DNA of 64,000 nucleotides from Octopus sinensis (taxonomy: Eukaryota), in contig NC_042998.1 in the NCBI RefSeq assembly GCF_006345805.1, forward strand, positions 115,506,001-115,570,000, read 5' to 3'. Below the pieces are notes generated by a model. The model had not been told where the DNA came from and ran no database searches. It saw only the letters and a list, made by a program, of their open reading frames with translations. The position numbers and the translations under genes are program-made. Of this stretch, positions 53,598-64,000 are shown piece by piece; the first letter of the stretch is position 1; the number at the start of each line of letters is the position of its first letter.

Positions 53598-53670
53598 CGG
53601 TGATTCCCAACATGTGTTCCGCGGACCCCTGGTGGTCCGCAAAGTAGTACTATTGGACCGTGAACTAAAT
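53598..53670 (+). mobile_element. hAT-type terminal fragment
   Basis: CGGTGATTCCCAACATGTGTTCCGCGGACCCCTGGTGGTCCGC: CAGTGxTTCCCAAC-like TIR with subterminal hairpin GCGGACC/GGTCCGC (53621-53640). Confidence 0.5.
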
Positions 53671-53835
53671 TCAAAATTTCACACACTCACACACACACAA
53701 CACACACACACAGAGGGAAAATGCTGGAAGTCACTGCTTTAGGAGTGTAATGAGAGTTAATAACTGCATTTGGGTAGCATTATCTATATCCTATATATAT
53801 ATATATATATAGATAGATAGATAGATATACACACC

Positions 53836-53886
<51 letters not shown>

Positions 53887-53888
53887 CA

Positions 53889-53928
<40 letters not shown>

Positions 53929-54408
53929 CTAAGAGAAAAGTATAAATCGGGAGTTAAGAACAGCAATTATATGCAGTAACAGTGTAAGGGAGACAATCCA
54001 AGGAAGCCACACCATTTATGTTCTGCTGTTGACTGCTGGAAATAATTCACTTACGAATAACTTAGCGCATATTTCCTTACATTTTAGACATCACTTTTGT
54101 CTCGTAATTTGAAAAGGTATTGTCACAGCTTGATTTATGTACATAAGGCTATCAACGAAGATACTTGTCAATGGTAGCCTCACCTGCTAGAAATAGCAGC
54201 TAAATCACCTTTAACCCACATTTTACTGCCTTAATGTGTGAGCACATTCGGTGATGTAGCCCTTGATGTTTTTACACTCTGCGAAAAAAATAAAGAGAGA
54301 GGGGGGGGCGAGACGAAGAGAGAGAAATGGGGAGAGAGAGGAAGAGAGAGAGAAAGAGGGAGAGAGAGGAAGAGAGAGAGAAAGATAGATAGACATAGAG
54401 AGAAAGAC

Positions 54409-54447
<39 letters not shown>

Positions 54448-54658
54448 CAGAGACAGAGAGAGAGACAGAGACAGAGAGAGAGACTGACAAGAAGACGGAC
54501 AGACAAAAAGATGGAGAGAGAGAGAGAGAGAAAGAAAAGAAAGAGAGTGAGAGAGGAAGAGAGGTACAGTTAGAAAGAGAGAGAAAGAAAGAGAATGTGA
54601 GAGAGGGTGGTGGGTGGAGAAAGGGTAGATGATCAGTAACGATAAACCTCTAATCATA

Positions 54659-55557
54659 GGTGCAGGCTTAGCTGTATGGTAAGAAGTTTGTTTCCCAAGC
54701 ACATGCTTCTGGGTTCAGTCCTGCTACATGGCAGCTTGGGCAAATGTCTTCGACTGTAACCTTACGCTGACCCAAAGCTTGTGAGTGGATTTGGTAGAGA
54801 GAAACCAAAAGGAGCCTTTAGTTTATATATAGAGAGAGAGGAGCACGGGGATAGTTGAGGCGCAGGTGTGGCTGTGTCGAAAGTAGATTGCTTACCAACC
54901 ACATGATTGCGGGGTCAATCCTACTTCGTGGCACCTTGGGCAAGTGTCTTCTACTATAGCCTCTGTCCGACCAAAGCCTTGTGAGTGGATTTGGTAGACT
55001 GCGGTCATGCTGGAGCACCGCCTTTTAGTCGAGCAACCCCAGCACCGCTTGTCAAGCGATGTTGGGGTACATACAAACATACACACACACACCACACACA
55101 TATATATATATATACACATATATACGACGAGCTTCTTTCAGGTTCCGTCTACTAAATTCACTCACAAGGCTTTGGTCGGCCCGAGGCTTTAGTAGAAGAC
55201 ACTTGCCCAAGGTGCTACGCAGTGGAATTGAACCCGTAACCATGTGGTTGGTAAGCAATCTACTTACCACACAGCCACTCACGTGCCTATATATATATAA
55301 TTAAATAATGTCAAAGGGTAATCAGAAATATCTGAAATTTCCATTACCAGTGGCCTAGTGTGTAAAAATTTAGTCAATAGACTATATATTATTCATATAA
55401 ATACATATATAAACTGACGAGCTTCCTTCAGTTTCCGTCAGTTTAATCCACTCATAAGGCTTTGGGCGGCTCGGTGATACTTGCCCAGGATGCCGCGCGG
55501 TGTGACTAAACCCGAAAACATGTCTTTGCTATGTAAACTTCTCGACCACACCACCAG
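54659..55557. mobile_element. Cluster of four C/D SINEs (54659-54816 +, 54859-54999 +, 55000-55287 -, 55416-55557 -)
   Basis: Repeated GGCGCAGG...CCTTGGGCAAGTGTCTT...GAGTGGATTTGGTAG on both strands. Confidence 0.85.
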
Positions 55558-56987
55558 GACTGTATAATTATTACAAATACTTGAAGCAATTATTTTATTT
55601 TAGTTCTTTATAATTTTGTGTAAACGAAAAGTGTGCGCATGCGCAATCACTCGTTTCAAAGGTAAATATACTACAGGGTACAAAATACAGACAGGTATCA
55701 CTCACAGCTGAGTTTAGTTAAATAACAAGTTCCAGCGTTCCTTCAGTTGTTTTCTGTAAGTATACTTATATATATGTAACTGAAACACAGTCAACCTTTC
55801 TTTCCACCCACGACCCATCATATTGTATCTAAGAGCTCTCGCGTAATGCCGTGTCTTACAGCATCCATCTCTTTGAAGGGACCGTCTCACTCCCTATCAC
55901 GGCCTATCATTCATGGCCTATCACTCCCTATCATTCATTGATCCTGAGGAACATCGAGGATTCAAAGACTAGAGAGCGAGAGGGTTGCATCATATCTCAT
56001 CCGGTACACATTACAAGGTTAACGTGTAATAATGTATCCTACTCAAATGCACAACGCGCCGCACCTTTCAGGAATTGAACCTAACCACTAGACCTCACAT
56101 TTCCATATGCTACAATGTATTGGGAACCATATTGGTCAAGGTATGTTTCACTCTTTACGTCTCTTTTTTTTTTCTGACTGATTGATTCAATAGTTTTTGT
56201 GTAGGTTTTTCTCATTTTGTTGTTAGAATATGGTGAAGTGCAAGACAAAATTTAATTTGTTCCACCTCCTAACGTTTTGATTTCGAATCCTGTTGAGGTA
56301 TATTCTGCCCTATGTTCTTCCGAGGATTAGTAAAATAGGTTTCAGTGACACACTAACGTCACTATAAGCCACTACACCACCCGCTTTCTTTCCCAAATGT
56401 GTGTGTGTGAGTGAGAGAGAGAAAGAGAGCAAGGGAGAGAGAAAGAGAGAAAGTGACTAAGAAGGCGAAGAGGGAGTGATAGAGAAAGAGAGAGAAAGAC
56501 ACAGAGAAAGACACAGAGAAAGAGAGTGTGGATAATCTAGATGTGTATGAGAGAGAGAGAGCGAGAGACGGACAGACGGAAAGATTGTGTGTACAGAGGC
56601 GCACATGAAGTTTGGCAGTACAATTTTCATAGATCTCAACGAAATATTTTATTACTGTGAGTGCAAAGCGACTCGACAAGCAGTCGTTGCTAAAACACTT
56701 TCTATAAGAAAGAAATAAACGGTAAGTACGGACTTGAAAATGCAGAATATTTACCGCATATTATTATCTAGCGGTACATCCCAATACTTCTGTGAAGATT
56801 GTGTCGACCACCTCATCAGTCGCTGTTGAACCAAACACACTCATTTGTTTAACAGCGTTTAACACACACACACACTCACAGGTGGATGTTTATCTACCTG
56901 TGATATTACAAGGTTTGCCGTTTAAGTGTTATGGTTAATGGTTTGCGATGTGATAGTTAACAGCATTCTAGTATTACCAGCCTAAAA

Positions 56988-57209
56988 GGCGGCGAGCTGG
57001 CTGAAAAGTTAACACGCCGGACGAAATGCTTTGCGGTTTTTCGTCTGCCGCTACGTTCTGAGTTCAAATTCCGCCGAGGTTGATTTTGCCTTTCATCCTT
57101 TCGGGGTCGATAAATTAAGTACCAGTTACGCACTGGGATCGATATAATCGACTTAATCCGTTTGTTTGTCCACTCTGTGTTTAGCTCCTTGTGGGTAGTA
57201 AAGAAATAG
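56988..57209 (+). mobile_element. Full-length family A SINE with 17-bp TSD (1 mismatch)
   Basis: TSD GTATTACCAGCC(T/C)AAAA at 56971-56987 and 57210-57226. Confidence 0.93.
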
Positions 57210-57329
57210 GTATTACCAGCCCAAAACAAGTTTGGCTATGATGAACTTCAATATTGTTCAATATTTTAATGATTCACCTAATCAATTACGACTAAATAAC
57301 TCTGCTCACTAACTTAAATTCGTATTTTG

Positions 57330-57725
57330 TAACAAGGCCAACTGTCTAGAGGGAAAGGGCAAGTTGGTTACATTGACCCCTGTACTTGAATGGTACCTTA
57401 TTATACTGCTACCGAAAAGCTGAAAAGCAAAGTTAACCGCGGAGATAGTTGAACTCAAAGCGTAAAGTGTCAAGAGAAATGTTGTCCGTAGCTCTAACGA
57501 TTCTGCTGGGTTACCACCTTTGGTCCTTTACAAGTGTTCCTTTCTACTAAAAGCACAAGACCTAAAATTCATCGACCCCAGTACTTGATTGCTACTTATT
57601 TTGTCGACTCCGAAAGAATGAAAAGCAAAGACGACTTCAGCGGTACTTGACTTAAAACATAAGGAATCGTAGAAATGGATTTTAAGCATTTTGTCTGACG
57701 CGCTGACGATTCCGCTATCTCACAC
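57330..57725 (-). mobile_element. Two decayed family A SINEs in tandem
   Basis: Degenerate GACCCC..GTACTTG..GAAAAGCAAAG..ACGATTC. Confidence 0.6.
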
Positions 57726-57983
57726 TCTTTGATCCTTCACTAGTATTGAAAATCAAAATAAAGCATGATAGAGCCTGGATTCGCAGCTATAAAAACGATA
57801 CTTCTAATCGATGGCAGCCCGTAGTGTTTTCGCCCGCCCCTTTTTTTCTTTTAACTAATTTGTGGTTTTATAAAATCTATACTGCTACCTGAGCGTTTTG
57901 TAAAAAAGTTATTATTCATAATTATTTTTATGTGGAAATATGATTAATAAAACAGATAAGCAATACATAAGTATACATATATA

Positions 57984-58240
57984 TCACCGTGACCGACCAG
58001 GCTATCAGATGTTGTTTCACATCGCTGGTCACGATGCGTTTCGCATTGTTTTAGCTTTCAAATGACGTCACCCCGCTGGCTAAGCGAGCAGGCCAACAGA
58101 AGAAAGAGTGAGAGAAAGTTGTGGCGAAAGAGTACAGCAGGGATCGCCCCCCCCCCCCTGCCAGAGCCTCGTGGAGCTTTAGGTGTTTTCGCTCAATAAA
58201 CACTCACAACGCCCGGTCTGAGAATCGAAACCGCGATCCA
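57984..58240 (-). mobile_element. Family F SINE-like element (5' head clipped at the B box)
   Basis: Minus strand GGATCGCGGTTTCGATTCTCAGACCGGGCGTTGTGAGTG shares its start with family B. Confidence 0.6.
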
Positions 58241-58259
58241 CACATACATATATATATAT

Positions 58260-59170
58260 ATACAAATTGAGATAGGGGTTGTAAATGCAACCCTCCATGG
58301 GATAACATATATCCAATACACTGCTAGTGAAGTACCCAACAAAGTTAATACATAAATGTTAAGGATTGCGATGCAATCAATTCATTTACTGTATTATATG
58401 GGCAAAGGTAAAATGATTTACCACAAATTACTAATACAAGTTAAGAAAATGGAGAAATACATCTAAATCAAATATCAATTACCAGATAATACTCAATCAC
58501 ATACTTTATTAAACCACCTACAGAGACTGTAGGGTTAGACATAAAAGAGCAGAACAAATCAGTGTACATAAAGGAATGTACATAAAAAAGTGTACATAAA
58601 AGAGTAATGTTGTATAATAAGTAGAAAATATATAAAAAAAGAGAATATAAATATAAGTAAATATAAATATAAGTATAGATTATATTTTACAGCTGTTTCG
58701 GCCATGTAGATAAGCATGTCTTATTTTACCAATATTAGCCTTATGTGGTAGGTCAATATATAGATATAAATGAGACATTTACAAAAATATCATAAGGCCT
58801 CTTCGGATATATACATATACATATGAGTGCATATACTCACACCCCTATACATATAAAAATATACATATACATAATAATGTAAATAAATAATATAAATTAG
58901 TAAACATATATATGTTCCATATTCAATGTTTCAGTTTTTCAACTTAATATTGTGATAATAAACATACACATATTAGTATTTGATTTAGATGTATTTCTCC
59001 ATTTCCTTATCTTGTATATATATATATATATTTCATTCTAATTCTGTGTAAATTCCATGCAAAATGCACCAAAAATAATTTTATTTAGTCTGCCGGGATT
59101 CATGAAGTGAAGAATGACTAGGATTCTCGTTAAATTATCGAACAGGCCTTATGATTTTTAAACATCTTAT
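58260..59170. mobile_element. Penelope-like terminal-repeat region with inverted remnants and a hammerhead-like motif (minus strand 58813-58681)
   Basis: 58435-58474 is the inverse of 58977-59016 (2 mismatches); 58783-58809 is the inverse of 59136-59159; minus strand CCGAAGA-GGCC...GGCC-GAAACAGCTGTA. Confidence 0.45.
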
Positions 59171-59549
59171 TTATTTATATATTTCGAATCCGCATGACGT
59201 TGATTTTTACCTGTTATCCCTCAATATTCGATTAAATCGATATCAGTGCAAGCCAGGTACTGTTAATTATGTTCGGTGCTTGAGGTCCTGTACCACTATT
59301 ACAAAATAATATTCCATAATGATGTTGGCGGTAATGATGATATCGGTGAGATTAGGTTGACGATTTACTACTCGGTATTTGTTTTTTTCTTGGTTGACAC
59401 AAATAAGTAATGTACCAACGAGGATCTAGTGAAACCCTCTCTTCCTTTCGCAGTCATTTTCCAGATATTCCGCTTGGTCAAGAATGAGAGGGACTGAGTA
59501 TGATTAAATACACACCTAAGAGAATTAGCGAAAGAAAGATACATCCTTT

Positions 59550-61447
59550 TTTCTTTCTACTCTAGGCAAAAGGCCCAAAATTTTGGTGAGAGGGCTAGTC
59601 GATCAGATCGACCCTAGTATGAAACTGATTCTTAATTAATCGACCCCGAAAGGATGAAAGGCAAAGTCGACCTCGGCGGAATTTGAACTCTGATAGTAAA
59701 GACAGACGAAATAATTATTTCTTTACTAACCACAAGGGGCTAAACACAGAGAGGACAAACAAGGACAGAAAAAAACGGATTAAGTCAATTATATCGATCC
59801 CAGTGCGTAACTGGTACTTATTTAATCGACCCCGAAAGAATTTGAACTCGGCGGAATTTGAACTCAGAACGTAGCGGCAGACGAAATACCGCTAAGCATT
59901 TCGCCCGGCGTGCTAACGTTTCTGCCAGCTCGCCGCCTTAAGAAAGATACATAATGTCACGTTTATATTCACTTGCGAGCTTCGGTTATGTTTTTCATTG
60001 CTTCCGAGTTAGTATAAGAGATGTTAGATAAGAGATACTTTGTTTTATTATTTCAGTGGGGGTGGTTGGTGAAGAATAAGTTATTTTCATTTCTTTTCTA
60101 CTCTAGGCACAAGGTCCGAATTTTGGGTGAGGGGGCCAGTCGATTTGAGCGACCCCAGTACGCAGATGGTACTTAATTTATCGACCTCGAAAGATAAAAG
60201 GCAAGTCGAACTCGGTGGAATTTGAACTCAGAACACAAAGACAGACGAAATACCGATAAGCATTTCGCCCGGCGTGCTGACGTTTCTCATTTCTTTATTG
60301 CCCACAAGGGGCTAAACTAGAGAGGGGACAAACAAGGACCAAGGAATTAAGTCGATCCATCGACCCCAGTGCGTAACTCGTACTTAATTTTCGACCCTCA
60401 AAGGATGAAAGGCAAGTCGACCTCGGCGGAATTTGAACTCTAATAGTAAAGACAGACGAAATAATTATTTCTTTACTACCACAAGGGGCTAAACACAGAG
60501 AGGACAAACAAGGACAGAAAAAACGGATTAAGTCAATTATATCGATCCCAGTGCGTAACTGGTACTTATTTAATCGACCCCGAAAGAATTTGAACTCGGC
60601 GGAATTTGAACTCAGAACGTATCGGCAGACGAAATACCGCTAAGCATTTCGCCCGGCGTGCTAACGTTTCTGCCAGCTCGCCGCCTTAAGAAAGATACAT
60701 AATGTCACGTTTATATTCACTTGCGAGCTTCGGTTATGTTTTTCATTGCTTCCGAGTTAGTATAAGAGATGTTAGATAAGAGATACTTTGTTTTATTATT
60801 TCAGTGGGGGTGGTTGGTGAAGAATAAGTTATTTTCATTTCTTTTCTACTCTAGGCACAAGGTCCGAAATTTTGGGTGAGGGGGCCAGTCGATTTGAGCG
60901 ACCCCAGTACGCAGATGGTACTTAATTTATCGACCTCGAAAGGATAAAAGGCAAAGTCGAACTCGGTGGAATTTGAACTCAGAACACAAAGACAGACGAA
61001 ATACCGATAAGCATTTCGCCCGGCGTGCTGACGTTTCTCATTTCTTTATTGCCCACAAGGGGCTAAACATAGAGGGGACAAACAAGGACAAAGGAATTAA
61101 GTCGATTACATCGACCCCAGTGCGTAACTCGTACTTAATTTATCGACCCTCAAAGGATGAAAGGCAAAGTCGACCTCGGCGGAATTTGAACTCAGAACGT
61201 AGCAACAGACAAAATAATTATTTCTTTACTACCCACAAGGGGCTACATACAGAGGGGACAAGGACAGACAAACAGATCAAGTCGATTATATCGACCCCAG
61301 TGCGTAACTGGTACTTATTTAATCGACCCCGAAAGGATGAAAGGCAAAGAGGACCTCGGTGGAATTTGAACTCAGAACGTAACTGCAAACGAAATACCGC
61401 TAAGCATTTCGCCCGGCGTGCTATCGTTTCTGCCAGCTCGCCGCCTT
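59550..61447 (-). mobile_element. Family A SINE multimer array (about 8 units)
   Basis: Repeated head-to-tail units with both tail types. Confidence 0.92.
59691..61193. repeat. ~750-bp direct tandem duplication (59691-60440 / 60441-61193)
   Basis: Unique 150-bp spacer identical at 59941 and 60689; period 748-753. Confidence 0.95.
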
Positions 61448-62030
61448 AAAGTTACTTTCAATTCGACCCTTCTGAGAGACGGTTGGTTTAAGAGACAGTG
61501 TGATGTGTGAGCTCTTTGATAGAGCATGACAGATAGTGAGAAGAATAAAAATTTGACTGTGATTCAATTGTATATATAAATATACTTACACGAAGTTTAT
61601 TGCCTTAAAATCATGACTATATTATTGAATGTTTTCCCTTTTATCTATGACAGTAGAATTTGATCTGAGAGAGAAAGAGAGAGAGAAGAGATTTTGGCTG
61701 TTATTTCTAACAGATGAAGCAGCCACATAGAGTTTCCCTCTTCGACTCATTGTAAGTGGGTGTATAGTGTGATAGACGCAGTAATTATGTCTTCTACATT
61801 TCGACGTCAAATCAATTTTATATCCGACACCGTACTTTAACTTTTCTGGGGTGATAGTCCAGTGAGTGAGAATGGCGATGAATTTTCCTTTCTGTAGTTT
61901 GTTGACTGAGTTTACTATACTCCCTACCCACAAAATACTGAAGTCCTTCTATCCATACTAGAAATCCTGTTACTCTTATACTTTTCGTGTATTTTCACAG
62001 GACATGACAGATCAATAGTGATGTTTGTGT

Positions 62031-62358
62031 GAATGCGCGTGGCTTAGTGGTTAGGGCATTCGACTCACGATTGTAAGGTTGTGATTTCAATTCCTGGACG
62101 TGTTGTGTCTTTGATCAAGACACTTTATATCACGTTGCTCCAGATCACTCAGCTGGCAAAAATGAATTGTACCTGTATTTCAAAGGGCCAGCCTTATCAC
62201 ACCTTGTGTCTTGCTGAATCTCCCAGAGAACTACGTTAGGAGTACACGTATCTGTGGATTGCTCAGCCAGTTGCACGTTAATTTCACGAGGAGGCTGTTC
62301 CGTTGATCGTATCAACTGGGACCCTCGTCGTCGTCGTAACCTACTGAGTGCTCCTTTA
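62031..62358 (+). mobile_element. Family B' SINE (family B head, different 3' half)
   Basis: GCGCGTGGCTTAGTGGTTAGG...CACTCAGCTGGCAAAAATGA, then diverges from the 46420 copy. Confidence 0.85.
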
Positions 62359-63029
62359 AGATGTGTTTGTGACTTACCAAAAAGTATTTTCGTTACTTTG
62401 TTGTGATTGTTTTGTGGGAGTTGTTCTTCTTATTTAGCCCTAGATCATATATAATCAGTTTGATTATGGATGGTGCTGGGATAAACTACAACAGAGTAAT
62501 CAAAAGAATGTTGTAACAAGAATATTGTTTCATCAGTCACGAACACATCACCATTAACAAACCTGTGCTATAATAACTTTCCAGCCGTGACTCTACCCTA
62601 TCGTACTTACATCCATCCATCCATCCACCCATCCATCCATCAATCCATTTATCCATCCATCCATCCATCCATCCATACGTACATACATACATACAAACAT
62701 ACATACATACATACATACATACATACATACACACACACATACATATATATCTTTAATCAAATATATTCAATCAGAATATAATATACTGAATGTCTAATAA
62801 GTGCTCTTGGTAGGGAAATATGTAAAACATTAATGATGTCGAAACGATAGTGATATTTTTTTTAAAGTTTAAAAGTTTAAACTTTTAAACTTTTTAAATA
62901 ATCATACTTTACATTATCTATTAATACAATATTATTTTGGACGTATATTATTTTGATGAATTTTGAGGTAATTTTCCTGCTCTTAATTTATAAATTTCTT
63001 GATTTTATTTTATGTGATTCCCTGCCCGT

Positions 63030-63220
63030 AATTTCGCTAACCACGAAACCTTTTTCTATTTTCTCTCCCTGTTTATTTCTGTGTTCCTTTCTGTCGAAGA
63101 GCGTAGGCTTGAAATGTAAAAGACTTTCTCACTTGCCGAGCGTTAAACTAATACATATGTTTGTTGTTTACACACCCGTCTTCGTTTGTATTTTTTTTCT
63201 TTTGTAAATTCTCACTATAT
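63030..63220 (+). mobile_element. Family P1 copy (HHR-like motif 63087-63122)
   Basis: CTTT-CTGTCGAA-GAGC-GTAG-GCTT-GAAATGTA-AAAG; ends in (TA)n. Confidence 0.6.
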
Positions 63221-63955
63221 GTATATATATATATATCAAATGGATGTGTTATAAAATTATTCCGCACATACAATAACAGCCGTACCCACAATCCAACATA
63301 ACTCCATCATCAGCTGCCCTAAGGATATCACTATGGTTTCGACACCTGAGCAGAACCATTCAATCCGGCGCTATCGCGGTGTCAACAGCACTAAAATAAG
63401 TGTTGATTAGGAACAAACATACATTAGACATCACTACATTCATTCAATCTTAATTCTAGAAAGGATTAAACACTAACGTTATTTATTAAGCTACAACAAA
63501 GAGACACATTTACCCTAAGTACAAATATATATACATATGTGTGTGTATGTATGTGTGTGTGTGTGTGTGTACTTTTAAAATTCGTTCAAGCTAACATTAG
63601 CGTATGCAAATAAAGTTCCTAGTTCATTGTGCCGGCTATCGTCTAATGCTGACTAATAAGTCAGATTTTCGAGTTTGCAACATGGTAATACCGATATAAT
63701 GTAGGATAGATATAACAATAACAATAATTCTTGGCTGGAATTTATAAATATTTAATTCATCGCGACGAACGTTTCCACAAATCACGTGATTTTGACACGA
63801 GAGTCGATATCCTTGGTATTAGTACAGTATAGTTCTTATTTCGGTGGGCATGCGGTTAATCATCATCATTGATTCATTTTATCAGGCGATACTGCATTAG
63901 TGGATGAATCGCAGAGGGATATTTATCCCTTGTTTCCGATCTGAAAGCCACTACA

Positions 63956-64000
<45 letters not shown>

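Noticed and set aside
55888-55940. Similarity to tet operator (TCCCTATCA), i.e. vector contamination
   Set aside because: Half-site only, no palindromic partner, no vector context
59550-61447. CRISPR-like repeat/spacer array
   Set aside because: Units are ~190-220-bp SINEs without unique spacers; eukaryotic context and no cas genes
63300-63350. Minus-strand GAAAC...CTGATGA as a type II hammerhead
   Set aside because: Position 17 would be G and the stem II strands are not complementary

Overview
AT-rich, microsatellite-saturated eukaryotic DNA, intronic or intergenic. It is most likely a cephalopod (Octopus-like); that is an inference from the tRNA-derived SINE families and the extreme (TA)/(CA)/(TACA)/(AAT) density. 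I found no host protein-coding exon I can identify, and nearly all ORF-track entries are microsatellite read-throughs. The window is a transposon graveyard: about 30 SINE copies from at least 4 families (several with clean 13-21 bp TSDs), a full-length non-autonomous Helitron, decayed DD37D/maT transposase, CR1-group, R4/Dong and Penelope (GIY-YIG) fragments, two hAT termini, and a 750-bp tandem duplication. The most interesting signals are: (1) three unrelated hammerhead-ribozyme-like folds with non-canonical cores in Penelope-type terminal repeats, one duplicated in a perfect 122-bp-arm palindrome (4941-5200); (2) a TSD-flanked 2.2-kb L1/Tx1-like element with ORF1 only (HAL1-like, 5437-7664); (3) SINE multimers sharing one palindromic junction; (4) a 555-bp fixed-end element inserted twice into (AAT)n. 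All family assignments come from motif recognition by eye; no database search or folding program was run.
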